This document shows positions 29,468 through 38,903 of a stretch of 64,000 nt of DNA, piece after piece. The notes beneath the pieces are model-generated. The model was not told the origin of the DNA and ran no database searches. It was given only the letters and a program-made list of their open reading frames with translations. The position numbers and the translations under genes are program-made. Each line of letters begins with the position of its first letter. Position 1 is the stretch's first letter. Origin of the DNA: Actinomycetes bacterium (GTDB lineage: Bacteria; Actinomycetota; Actinomycetes; Prado026); NCBI GenBank assembly GCA_038210415.1, contig JBBQWS010000003.1:59577-123576 (forward strand), read 5' to 3'.

Positions 29468-30888
29468 GCGCGTTCCTCCACCCGTAGACCAGCAGCCGGT
29501 AGGTCGGCGAGCAGGTTCTTGGCGGTGCGCTCGGCCTGCGCGACGCAGGACGCGAGTCCCACCCCGCGAAACCCCGCACCGGTCACCACCAGCCCGGGCA
29601 GGTCAGCAAGGCCCGCATCCAGCCGGTCCAGCCGGCCCTGGTGGCCGACGGTGTACTGCGGCATCGCCCGGGGCCAGCGCTGGACGTGCGCCTGCACGGG
29701 CTCCGCCGTGAGGCCCATCGTCAGCACCAGCTCGGAGTGGACCCGCGGGACCAGCTCGTGGTCGTCCAGGTGGGTGAACCGGTCGTCCCCATGCCGGCCG
29801 ACCATCGCGCGGATCAGGAGGACCGACGGGTCCGCCAGGTACGGCCACTTCGCGGTCAGCCAGCTGCAGCCGACGAGCAGCAGCCCCTCCTCCGGCGGCA
29901 CCAGGAACCCGGTGCCGTCGAGATCGCAGTTCAGGGCTGAACGCGGGTAGACCAAGGTGATGCTGGCGACATCGGCGTACGGGACCTCGGCGACGGCGTC
30001 GGCAGCGTCCGGCGCGAGTGGTGCGAGCAGGTCTGCGACGACGAAAGCCGGGACGGCGAGGACGACGCCGTCAGCCGGGAGCGCCCGACCGTCCGACAGC
30101 TGCACGGCGTACCCGCCGCCGTCAGGCGAGGTCAGCGCCTCGACGCCGACACCGAGCTCGATCCGGCAACCTCTGGACGGGGCGGCGAGCGCGTCGGACA
30201 GCGCGTCGACCAGCCGGACGAGACCACCGTCGAGGGTGACGAGCGCGGCCCCCGCCGTCTTGGGAGCGGCGGCGCGGCCGCGGGTGCCGAGGTAGATGCT
30301 GCGGTGGTCGCGCGCGACGGCGGCAATCTCCGGAACTGCGCTGCGGGCACTGAGCAGGTCGGCCCGACCCGCGTGCACTCCCCCGAGCAACGGGTCGACG
30401 AGCCGGTCGAAGACCTGGGCCCCGAGCCGGGGGCGCAGCAGCTCGCCTACGGACGGGTCGTCAACCACGGCGCGGCGACGCGGCAGCAGGACGTCGAGTC
30501 CCGCGCGCGCGATGCCGAGCGGCGAGAGCAGCCCGGACCTCAACAGCGGCAACAACTTCTGCGGTACCCCGAAGAGGGTGCTCGGCGGGAGCGGTCGCAA
30601 CCCACCGCGCGACCAGACGAACGCACCGGGGGCACCCGGCTCGACGACCGCGCCGGTGAGCCCGAGCTCCTCGAGCAGAGCGCGCATCGCGGGCATCCGC
30701 ACCAGCAGGGCATCGGGGCCGGCATCGACCGGATGGCCGGCCACCTGCTGGGTGAGCACCTTGCCGCCAAGCCGCTCGCTGCTCTCGACGAGCGTGACCT
30801 CGACCCCGCCCTCGCGGGACAGGAAGTAGGCGGTGGCAAGCCCGCTGACGCCACCACCGACGACGACCACCTGCCGAGGATCCTGCAC
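29464..30888 (-). CDS. hemY: Coproporphyrinogen/protoporphyrinogen oxidase (HemY)
   Basis: VVVGGGVSGL, RLGGK, DAGPDA, GTGFLVP, WPRAMPQYTVGH, GVGLASCV; GAGGAG SD before GTG 30888. Confidence 0.9.
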   Translation of the reverse strand: MQDPRQVVVVGGGVSGLATAYFLSREGGVEVTLVESSERLGGKVLTQQVAGHPVDAGPDALLVRMPAMRALLEELGLTGAVVEPGAPGAFVWSRGGLRPLPPSTLFGVPQKLLPLLRSGLLSPLGIARAGLDVLLPRRRAVVDDPSVGELLRPRLGAQVFDRLVDPLLGGVHAGRADLLSARSAVPEIAAVARDHRSIYLGTRGRAAAPKTAGAALVTLDGGLVRLVDALSDALAAPSRGCRIELGVGVEALTSPDGGGYAVQLSDGRALPADGVVLAVPAFVVADLLAPLAPDAADAVAEVPYADVASITLVYPRSALNCDLDGTGFLVPPEEGLLLVGCSWLTAKWPYLADPSVLLIRAMVGRHGDDRFTHLDDHELVPRVHSELVLTMGLTAEPVQAHVQRWPRAMPQYTVGHQGRLDRLDAGLADLPGLVVTGAGFRGVGLASCVAQAERTAKNLLADLPAAGLRVEERA

Positions 30889-30991
30889 GCTCTCGCTGTC
30901 TCCTCGGCTCGACACATGGTCCTGTCCGAACGTAGGCGGGACCACCGGTGCGCCGCCAGGGTCGTTGGTCCCGGTCAGATCCGCGTGAGCA

Positions 30992-32143
30992 TCAGGGCCG
31001 CTTGAGCAGCTGCCGGGACACCACGACGCGCTGGATCTGGTTCGTGCCCTCGTAGATCTGGGTGATCTTGGCGTCGCGCATCATGCGCTCGACGGGGTAG
31101 TCACGGGTGTACCCGTAGCCGCCGAGCAGCTGAACCGCGTCGGTGGTGATCTCCATGGCCGCGTCGGAGGCGAAGGTCTTGGCCACGGACGAGAAGTACG
31201 TCGCGTCGGCGTCTCCCCGCTCGGCCTTGGCAGCGGCGGTGTAGGCGAGCAGCCGGGCGCCCTCGAGCTTGATCGCCATGTCGGCGAGCATGAACTGCAG
31301 CCCCTGGAACTCGGCGATCGCCTTGCCGAACTGGCGCCGCTCTTTGACATAGCCGAGCGCGAAGTCAAGGGCGCCCTGGGCGATCCCGACGGCCTGCGCG
31401 GCGATCGCGGGGCGGGTGTGGTCAAGAGCACGCAATGCGGTGCTGAAGCCCGTGCCGGGGTCGCCGATCAGGCGGTCGTCGGTCAGCCGGACGTTGTCGA
31501 AGTACAGCTCGCGGGTCGGCGAACCCTTGATGCCGAGCTTCTTCTCCGGGGCGCCGAGCGAGAACCCCTCGTCGTCGGCGTGCACGACGAATGCCGAGAT
31601 GCCGTGGCTGCCGGCGCTCGGGTCGGTCGACGCCATGACCGTGTAGTAGGTCGAGACGCCAGCGCCGGTGATCCAGCGCTTGCTGCCGTTCAGCACCCAC
31701 GCGTCGCCGTCGCGCACGGCCTGCGATCGCATCGCACCGGCATCGGAGCCCGCCTCCGGCTCGGACAGCGCGTAGGAGAACATCGCAGCTCCGCTGGCGA
31801 CCTGGGGCAGGTAGCGCTGCTTGATCTCCTCCGAGCCGGCCAGGATCATCCCGATGGTGCCCAGCTTGTTCACCGCCGGGATCAGGCTCGACGAGGCACA
31901 GGCGCGGGCGATCTCCTCGATGACGATGCAGGCGGCGACCGCGTCGGCGCCCGCGCCGCCGTACGCCTCGGGGATGTGCACGGCGTGGCAGTCGGCGGCG
32001 ACCATGGCCTGGTAGACGTCCCAGGGGAACTCGGCGGTGTCGTCGATCTCGGCAGCGCGGGGTGCGATCTTGTTCGTGGCGAGGGCGCGGACGGCCTCGC
32101 GGAGCAGTTCGTGGTCATCGGTGGTGCGGAACAGGTCGGACAC
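30992..32143 (-). CDS. Acyl-CoA dehydrogenase
   Basis: [58 protein letters not shown]. Confidence 0.93.
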   Translation of the reverse strand: MSDLFRTTDDHELLREAVRALATNKIAPRAAEIDDTAEFPWDVYQAMVAADCHAVHIPEAYGGAGADAVAACIVIEEIARACASSSLIPAVNKLGTIGMILAGSEEIKQRYLPQVASGAAMFSYALSEPEAGSDAGAMRSQAVRDGDAWVLNGSKRWITGAGVSTYYTVMASTDPSAGSHGISAFVVHADDEGFSLGAPEKKLGIKGSPTRELYFDNVRLTDDRLIGDPGTGFSTALRALDHTRPAIAAQAVGIAQGALDFALGYVKERRQFGKAIAEFQGLQFMLADMAIKLEGARLLAYTAAAKAERGDADATYFSSVAKTFASDAAMEITTDAVQLLGGYGYTRDYPVERMMRDAKITQIYEGTNQIQRVVVSRQLLKRP

Positions 32144-32249
32144 GGCGCGCTCCCGGCTCGGGCGTACGAATGTGACAGCAAGCAGGCACAAGTGCGGTCC
32201 AAGTGTCTCACCCCCGGGCCGTCCCGACTGCCCCGGATACGCTCGTGCG

Positions 32250-33575
32250 ATGACTCTGCGCCTGACCGTCATCGGTACCGGATACCTCGGGGCCACCCAC
32301 GCGGCCTGCATGGCCGACCTCGGGCACGAGGTCCTGGGCATGGACGTCAACCCGACCAAGGTGGCGCAGCTCAACGCGGGCGAGGTGCCGTTCTACGAAC
32401 CCGGCCTGCCCGAGGTGCTGCAGCGGGCTCTCGCGTCCGGCCGACTGCGGTTCACCACCGACCCGGCCGAGGTCGCGGCTTTTGGTGACGTGCACTTCAT
32501 GTGCGTCGGGACACCGCAGCAGAGTGGCAGCAACGCCGCCGACATGACGTACATCGACGCCTGCGTCGACGCCCTCGCCCCGCACCTCGACCGGCCCACC
32601 CTGTTCGTCGGGAAGTCGACCGTGCCCGTGGGCACCGCCCGGCGCCTCGCGGATCGTCTGCAGAAGCTCGCTCCCGCAGGCGCCGGAGTCCAGCTGGCCT
32701 GGAACCCCGAGTTCCTGCGCGAGGGCTTCGCCGTGCAGGACACGATGCGCCCCGACCGGCTGGTCTTCGGAGTCACGTCGGCGACCGCCGAAGCCGCACT
32801 GCGTGAGGTCTACGCCACGCCGATCGCCGACGGCTGCCCTGTCGTGATGAGCGACCTGCAGACCGCCGAGCTCGTCAAGGTCGCGGCGAACTCCTTCCTG
32901 GCCACCAAGATCTCGTTCATCAACGCGATGGCCGAGCTGTGCGAGGCCACCGGCGGCGACGTGACGATCCTGTCCGAGGCGCTCGGCCACGACACCCGTA
33001 TCGGCAACCAGTTCCTCAAGCCCGGCCTGGGGTTCGGCGGCGGCTGCCTGCCCAAGGACATCAGGGCATTCATGGCCCGCGCCGGGGAGCTCGGCGTCGA
33101 CCAGGCCCTGACGTTCCTGCGCGAGGTCGACGCGATCAACCAGCGCCGCCGGGCCCGCATGGTCGAGCTGACCCACCAGGAGCTCGGCGGCTCCCTCACC
33201 GGGCGCACCATCGCCGTCCTGGGCGCCGCGTTCAAGCCCAACTCCGACGACGTCCGCGACTCCCCCGCCCTCGACGTCGCCTCGACGCTGCACGAGCGCG
33301 GGGCCGACGTACGCGTCTACGACCCCAAGGCCAACGACAACGCCCGCGGCCGCTTCCCGACGCTCACGTACTCGTCCAGCGTCGTCGAGGCCTGCGCCGA
33401 CGCCGAGGTCGTGCTGCACCTCACCGAGTGGGCGGAGTTCCGTGACCTCGACCCCGAGGATCTCGGTCTCGTGGTGGCCAACCGCCGGATCGTCGACGGA
33501 CGGGGGGTGCTCGACGCGGCACGGTGGCGCCGGGCCGGCTGGACCTACCGGGCTCTGGGCCGGCCGGCGGAGTGA
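32250..33575 (+). CDS. ugd: UDP-glucose 6-dehydrogenase
   Basis: [46 protein letters not shown]; TACGCT 6 nt upstream (leaderless). Confidence 0.92.
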   Translation: MTLRLTVIGTGYLGATHAACMADLGHEVLGMDVNPTKVAQLNAGEVPFYEPGLPEVLQRALASGRLRFTTDPAEVAAFGDVHFMCVGTPQQSGSNAADMTYIDACVDALAPHLDRPTLFVGKSTVPVGTARRLADRLQKLAPAGAGVQLAWNPEFLREGFAVQDTMRPDRLVFGVTSATAEAALREVYATPIADGCPVVMSDLQTAELVKVAANSFLATKISFINAMAELCEATGGDVTILSEALGHDTRIGNQFLKPGLGFGGGCLPKDIRAFMARAGELGVDQALTFLREVDAINQRRRARMVELTHQELGGSLTGRTIAVLGAAFKPNSDDVRDSPALDVASTLHERGADVRVYDPKANDNARGRFPTLTYSSSVVEACADAEVVLHLTEWAEFRDLDPEDLGLVVANRRIVDGRGVLDAARWRRAGWTYRALGRPAE

Positions 33576-33594
33576 CCCGACCCGGCCGTCGTCG

Positions 33595-34125
33595 TCATGA
33601 ACCGCTGCCCTGCGATCGAACTCGCTCGCTGAGCGCCGCGCCCTTCGCCTCCGCCTGCGTCCGCAGCTCGTCCTGGAACCTCGCCATCCGCTCGCGAAGG
33701 TCGGCACCGTGCACAGTGTCCGACGAGCCGAGGATCCGTACCGCCAGCAGCCCCGCGTTGCGGGCACCGGCGATCGACACGGTCGCAACCGGCACCCCGG
33801 CCGGCATCTGCACGATCGACAGCAGGGAGTCCATGCCGTCGAGGTAGGCGAGCGGCACCGGCACCCCGATCACCGGGAGCGCCGTGACCGACGCGAGCAT
33901 GCCGGGCAGATGGGCGGCGCCGCCTGCGCCCGCGATGATCACCCGCAGGCCGCGCCCCACGGCGCGAGCACCGTAGTCGATCATCTGCTGCGGCATCCGG
34001 TGCGCACTGACGACGTCGACCTCGTACGGGACGTCGAACTCGGTGAGCGCACCGGCAGCGGCCTCCATCACCGTCCAGTCCGAGTCCGACCCCATGACGA
34101 CCCCGACCAACGGCTGCCTGATCAT
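33595..34125 (-). CDS. purE: N5-carboxyaminoimidazole ribonucleotide mutase
   Basis: [44 protein letters not shown]. Confidence 0.97.
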   Translation of the reverse strand: MIRQPLVGVVMGSDSDWTVMEAAAGALTEFDVPYEVDVVSAHRMPQQMIDYGARAVGRGLRVIIAGAGGAAHLPGMLASVTALPVIGVPVPLAYLDGMDSLLSIVQMPAGVPVATVSIAGARNAGLLAVRILGSSDTVHGADLRERMARFQDELRTQAEAKGAALSERVRSQGSGS

Positions 34126-34146
34126 CGCTGCCCACCCGTCTCGTGC

Positions 34147-35316
34147 TCACTCATCGATGTCTCCTGTGAGGAAGGCGGCGGCGTGCCGGGCCCGCTCCTG
34201 CAGGTCACCGACATCGGACCCCGACACGGTGACGTGGCCGATCTTGCGACCGGGCCGCACCGGCTTGCCGTACATGTGGATCTTCAGGTCGGGGTCCCGG
34301 GCCATGCAGTGGAGGTACGCCGGGTAGATCGCTTCGAGGTCGCCGCCCAGGACGTTGGCCATGACGGAGTGCGGGTACGTCCCGTCGGTGCGGCCGAGCG
34401 GCAGGTCGAGCACGGCCCGAAGGTGCTGCTCGAACTGGCTCGTGACAGCGCCGTCGATCGTCCAGTGGCCGGTGTTGTGCGGGCGCAGGGCCAGCTCGTT
34501 GACGAGGACACCGTCTGCGGTGTCGAAGAGCTCGACGGCCATCAGCCCCGTCACCTCGAGGTCCTGCGCGATCCGCAGGGCGGCGTCCTGGGCGGCCAGC
34601 GCGTGGTCCTCGGCGATCCCAGGCGCCGGAGCGTAGACCTCGCGGCAGACGCCGTCGCGCTGCACCGACTCGACAACCGGGTAGACGGCAGCCTGTCCGG
34701 CAGGCGACCGGGCCACGAGCACCGAGAGCTCGCGGGAGAAGTCGACCAGCTCCTCGACCAGCAGGGGCACTGCCGGACCCGCGGAGCCACCCAGCCAGTC
34801 GAGTGCGTCGGCCGACGAGCGCACCAGGCGCACCCCCTTGCCGTCGTAGCCGCCCCGTGCGGTCTTCAGGATCGCCGCGCCATCGGTGGTCCGCGCGAGG
34901 AACGCGTCGAGGTCGGCTGCCGTGCGCACCGGCGCCCAGTGCGGCACCGGGACGTCCGCCTTGCCGAGGCGCTCGCGCATGACGATCTTGTCCTGGCCGT
35001 GCACCAGGGCCGCCGACCCGGGCCGGACGAGGACACCGTCGGCCTCGAGCGCCTGCAAGTGCTCGGTGGGTACGTGCTCGTGGTCGAAGGTGAGCACGTC
35101 GCAACCGGCCGCGAACGCCCGCAGCGTGCCGAGGTCGCGGTAATCGCCGACGGTCACGTCGGGGATCACCTGGGCTGCGGAGTCGTCGGGGCTCTCGGCG
35201 AGCACCCGCAGCCGGATCCCGAGAGCGATGGCCGGGGCCGCCGACATCCGGGCGAGCTGGCCGGCACCGACGATCCCGACGACCGGGAACTCCGCGGGCA
35301 GCGGCGACGACTTCAC
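34147..35316 (-). CDS. purK: N5-carboxyaminoimidazole ribonucleotide synthase
   Basis: GAGQLARM, TFDHEHVP, GGYDGKG, NELALRPHNTGHWT, GRKIGHV; TAGGCT 6 nt upstream of GTG. Confidence 0.96.
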   Translation of the reverse strand: MKSSPLPAEFPVVGIVGAGQLARMSAAPAIALGIRLRVLAESPDDSAAQVIPDVTVGDYRDLGTLRAFAAGCDVLTFDHEHVPTEHLQALEADGVLVRPGSAALVHGQDKIVMRERLGKADVPVPHWAPVRTAADLDAFLARTTDGAAILKTARGGYDGKGVRLVRSSADALDWLGGSAGPAVPLLVEELVDFSRELSVLVARSPAGQAAVYPVVESVQRDGVCREVYAPAPGIAEDHALAAQDAALRIAQDLEVTGLMAVELFDTADGVLVNELALRPHNTGHWTIDGAVTSQFEQHLRAVLDLPLGRTDGTYPHSVMANVLGGDLEAIYPAYLHCMARDPDLKIHMYGKPVRPGRKIGHVTVSGSDVGDLQERARHAAAFLTGDIDE

Positions 35317-35368
35317 GGTCGAAGCCTATCCGTGGGGCCGCCCCGGCCCGCACGCGTCAGCTCACGGG

Positions 35369-36517
35369 TCAGAGCCCGAGGTCGCGGGCGATCAGCAGCC
35401 GCTGCACCTCAGATGTGCCCTCCCCGATCTCGAGGATCTTCGCGTCACGGTAGAACCGTCCGACGGGGTACTCGTTCATGAACCCGTAGCCGCCGTGGAC
35501 CTGGGCGGCGAACCGGGCGTTGTCCATCGCGGCCTCGGAGGAGTACAGCTTGGCGATCGACGCCTGACGCTTGAACGGCCGGCCGGCGAGCAGTCGGGCC
35601 GCCGCGTCGTAGTAGGCCAGCCGGGCCGTGTGCGCGCGCACCTCCATGTCGGCGACCAGGAACTGCACCGCCTGGTTCGCTCCGATCGGTCGGCCGAAGG
35701 CCTGGCGCTCGTTCGCGTACCGCACCGACTCGTCGACGCAGCCCTGCGCCAGCCCGACCGCCAGGGCCGCGATCGCGATCCGGCCCTCGTCGAGGATCTC
35801 CAGGAACTGTGCGTAGCCGCGACCCCGCTCCCCCACGAGGTTGCCCACGGGCACCCGGCAGTCGGTGAACGACAGTCCGTGCGTGTCGGACGAGCGCCAG
35901 CCGACCTTGGAGTAGGACGGCTCGACCGTGAACCCGGGGGTGCCGCTGGGCACGAGGATCGCGGAGATCTCCTTGCGCCCTTCGGCCTGCTCGCCGGTCA
36001 CCGCGGTGACGATGACGAACGACGTGATGTCGGTGCCCGAGTTCGTGATGAAGGCCTTGCTCCCGTTGATCACCCAGTCGTCGCCGTCCACGACCGCGGT
36101 CGTCCTGGTCGCGCCGGCGTCGGAGCCGCCGCCGGGCTCGGTCAGCCCGAAGGCTCCGAGGGCCTCGCCCGCGCAGAGGGCCGGCAACCAGCGCGCCTTC
36201 AGCTCGGGAGAGCCGAACCGGTACAACGGCATGGCGCCCAGCGACACCGCCGCCTCGAGGGTGATCGCGACCGACGAGTCGACCCGGGCGAGCTCCTCGA
36301 TGGCGAGGTGGAGCGCGAACGAGTCACCGCCCATGCCACCGACCGCCTCCGGGAACGGCAGGCCGAACAGTCCCATGGCTGCCATCCCGCGTACGATCTC
36401 GTACGGGAACTCGCCCTGCTCGTAGAGGTCGCCGATCTGCGGCGCGACGACTCGCGCGGCGAAGTCGCGGACCGAGTCGACCAGGGCGGCGTGCTCGTCT
36501 GACAGTGCGAAGTCCAC
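35369..36517 (-). CDS. Acyl-CoA dehydrogenase (isovaleryl/short-chain-like)
   Basis: FGLTEPGGGSDAG, NGSKAFITN, HGGYGFMNEYPV, IGEGTSEVQR. Confidence 0.92.
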   Translation of the reverse strand: MDFALSDEHAALVDSVRDFAARVVAPQIGDLYEQGEFPYEIVRGMAAMGLFGLPFPEAVGGMGGDSFALHLAIEELARVDSSVAITLEAAVSLGAMPLYRFGSPELKARWLPALCAGEALGAFGLTEPGGGSDAGATRTTAVVDGDDWVINGSKAFITNSGTDITSFVIVTAVTGEQAEGRKEISAILVPSGTPGFTVEPSYSKVGWRSSDTHGLSFTDCRVPVGNLVGERGRGYAQFLEILDEGRIAIAALAVGLAQGCVDESVRYANERQAFGRPIGANQAVQFLVADMEVRAHTARLAYYDAAARLLAGRPFKRQASIAKLYSSEAAMDNARFAAQVHGGYGFMNEYPVGRFYRDAKILEIGEGTSEVQRLLIARDLGL

Positions 36518-36582
36518 GCGGCCGACCTTCCGTAACATCCCGTGTTTTCGCCATCCTGACACGCTCGCCTTACCCTGGGCAC

Positions 36583-37122
36583 GTGACTTCCCCCTCTCAC
36601 CGCTCGGACCTCGGGCGTGTGCGCCGTCTGCGGGAAGCCCTGTGGGCGCAGTTCGGCCACCTGCTGGACGAGGTCGCGAAATTCGGAGTGGTGGGAGCCG
36701 TCGCGTACGTCGTCGACGTCGGCACGTTCAACCTGCTGCTGCACTGGGGCGGCACGAACGCCTGGCTGTACGACCGGCCGCTGCGGGCCAACGTCGTGTC
36801 GACGATCCTGGCCACGTTGGTGGCCTACGCCGGCAACCGGTTCTGGACGTTCCGCGATCGCGAGCGGGTCGGCTACGCGCGCGAGTACGCCACGTTCTTC
36901 CTGCTCAACGCCGTCGGGCTGGCGATCTCGCTCGGCTGCCTGGCGTTCTCGCACTACGTCCTCGGGCTCCGCTCCGGCATCGCGGACAACATCTCGGGCA
37001 AGGGCGTGGGCCTGGTCCTGGGCACGATGTTCCGGTTCTGGGCGTACCGCCGCTGGGTCTTCCCCGAGGTCGACGACGACGACGCGACGCCCGACCCGCG
37101 GCACGCGACCACCGTCACTTAG
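36583..37122 (+). CDS. GtrA-family protein (putative lipid-linked sugar flippase)
   Basis: KFGVVGAVAYVVD, NRFWTF, FRFWAYRRWVF; four TM segments; TACCCT 6 nt before GTG. Confidence 0.88.
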   Translation: MTSPSHRSDLGRVRRLREALWAQFGHLLDEVAKFGVVGAVAYVVDVGTFNLLLHWGGTNAWLYDRPLRANVVSTILATLVAYAGNRFWTFRDRERVGYAREYATFFLLNAVGLAISLGCLAFSHYVLGLRSGIADNISGKGVGLVLGTMFRFWAYRRWVFPEVDDDDATPDPRHATTVT

Positions 37123-37329
37123 GCCAACCGTGCGGGCAACCATTGCCCCCGCAGTCACGATGCGCTAGAACGGTGCCGACGACATCCACCTGGAAGCCGT
37201 CGACGTGGTGGAACGACCGGTCCCCGCACCCTGCACCCTCGCCAATTCTGGCGGGACGGTGGGCGTGCGTGGTCGGGGGGTTATTGGTGCGGTCCGGTCT
37301 TCCGGGGGGCCGACTCTCAGGAGACACCG

Positions 37330-38571
37330 ATGGCCAGAGGGACGTACGAACGCAATCCCAGTCACGACGACGACAAGGGCGCCGGCGAGCCGATCCCCGA
37401 GGAAGTCCTCGAGCGACAGGCTGCGGAGCGGCTGGAAGAGATCCACCAGTACCTCTCCGACCGGTACGCGCGCCGGGACGTCATCACGCGCACCCGCACA
37501 CCGGGCGGCATCGAGATCGACTGGGTTCCGGCCGAGTCCCAGTTCGGTGGACGCTGTCCCGCCGACCCGCCGGACGACGACAGCCCACCGAAGCTCGAGC
37601 ACGGGGAGCGCCGCGCCGAGCTGATGGAGTTCGAGCTCGAGAAGGAAGGCGCCCAGCGAGGCCCGCGTGGCACGGTGCCGCTGCTGCGCACGCCAGTCGA
37701 CCTGATCACGCCGACCGTCGGGCTGAACGACTGGCTGGCCAAGGGCCACCGGGCCAACCGGGTCGCTCCCGCTGGCAAGCTCGACGGCTACGAGGTCCCC
37801 GGGACCGAGGTGCACAAACACGTCTACGCCAGCCAGAACGTGACCTGCTACGGCACGGAAGGCGCCATCAACGCCTGGGACCCGTACACGGAGTGGTCCG
37901 ACGAGTTCTCCCTCGGCCAGCTCTGGCTCATCCGAGGCAGCGGTTCGGGCCAGCAAACCCTTGAGGTCGGTCACCAGGAGTACCGGGACCTGTACGGCGA
38001 CTGGGTTCCGCACCTGTTCCTGTACTACACGACCAATGGGTACACCTCACAGGGCAACAACCAGGGCGGCTACAACACCGACGTCAACGGGTGGGTGCAG
38101 TACGCGAGCACCATCCACCCAGGCTGCCTGTCTTCGCCGCTCAGCCAGTGGGGTGGCACGCAGTTCATCATGGTGTTGAAGGTGCAGCTGTGGCAGGGCA
38201 ACTGGTGGGTGAAGGTCAACGGGACCTGGATCGGCTACTACCCGGCGAGCCTGTACAACACCAACGGTCTGCGGGACCACGCCGACCGCCTCGATTGGGG
38301 CGGCGAGGTCGTCGACTCGTCCGACCACTCGGGGACCACCGACACCGACATGGGCAACGGGCACTGGCCGTACGAGGGCTGGCAGCACTGCGCCTACATG
38401 AACAACCTGCGATACCAGTCCACGACATGGGGCGGGATGACCGACTACAACGGAAGCGCCGCGTCGGAGTACCCCGCTTGTTACGGCATCGACTCGCACA
38501 TGCAGAGTGGGAGCAACTGGGGTTCGTACTTCTGGTGGGGCGGAAGCGGGAGGAACGCAAATTGCCCGTAG
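37330..38571 (+). CDS. Neprosin-family (DUF239) glutamic peptidase with N-terminal pro-domain
   Basis: AGGAG SD; pro-domain motifs IDWVP and PRGTVPLLR; catalytic domain YGTEGAINAWDP, EFSLGQLW, QTLEVGHQ, GNWW, IGYYPASLY, DWGGEV, DMGNGHWP. Confidence 0.85.
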   Translation: MARGTYERNPSHDDDKGAGEPIPEEVLERQAAERLEEIHQYLSDRYARRDVITRTRTPGGIEIDWVPAESQFGGRCPADPPDDDSPPKLEHGERRAELMEFELEKEGAQRGPRGTVPLLRTPVDLITPTVGLNDWLAKGHRANRVAPAGKLDGYEVPGTEVHKHVYASQNVTCYGTEGAINAWDPYTEWSDEFSLGQLWLIRGSGSGQQTLEVGHQEYRDLYGDWVPHLFLYYTTNGYTSQGNNQGGYNTDVNGWVQYASTIHPGCLSSPLSQWGGTQFIMVLKVQLWQGNWWVKVNGTWIGYYPASLYNTNGLRDHADRLDWGGEVVDSSDHSGTTDTDMGNGHWPYEGWQHCAYMNNLRYQSTTWGGMTDYNGSAASEYPACYGIDSHMQSGSNWGSYFWWGGSGRNANCP

Positions 38572-38828
38572 ACGAGGACGGGGTCATCCCGTCGCCGATC
38601 GACCCGGACTACGAGTGTGTCCCGGTCGCGGCGGCGGGAGATCCTCCGCCGAGCCCGCCGCCCGGTGGGCAGGACGAGCCACCGGGTCCACGCCTGTGCC
38701 CGCCGGGGTACGTTCCGCGCCGCCGCAGGCGGACGTACGACCTCGACGGCAAGGTGATCCGGACGCACCGCCCGGCTGGGCACAACCCGGACGCCGACCG
38801 TCAGCAGGCACCCGACGACGGGACGTAG
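38562..38828 (+). CDS. Small Pro-rich protein resembling a free-standing neprosin activation peptide
   Basis: TTG start 8 nt after GGAGG (38549-38553), overlapping the neprosin 3' end by 10 nt; 88 aa; motifs DYECVP and LCPPGYVPRRR. Confidence 0.6.
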   Translation: MPVDEDGVIPSPIDPDYECVPVAAAGDPPPSPPPGGQDEPPGPRLCPPGYVPRRRRRTYDLDGKVIRTHRPAGHNPDADRQQAPDDGT

Positions 38829-38903
38829 CGCGATGGGTCCTGGTGTGACTGCCTCGTAACCGCGGTCTTGTCGCATGGGGGGACCCTTGTGGCGGTATTG
38901 GGG

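Noticed and set aside
37123-37329. Possible att site or mobile-element scar flanking the neprosin insert, and a GCCGAC hexamer before its SD
   Set aside because: No direct or inverted terminal repeats, integrase or transposase seen; no matching -35 element for the sigma28-like motif.
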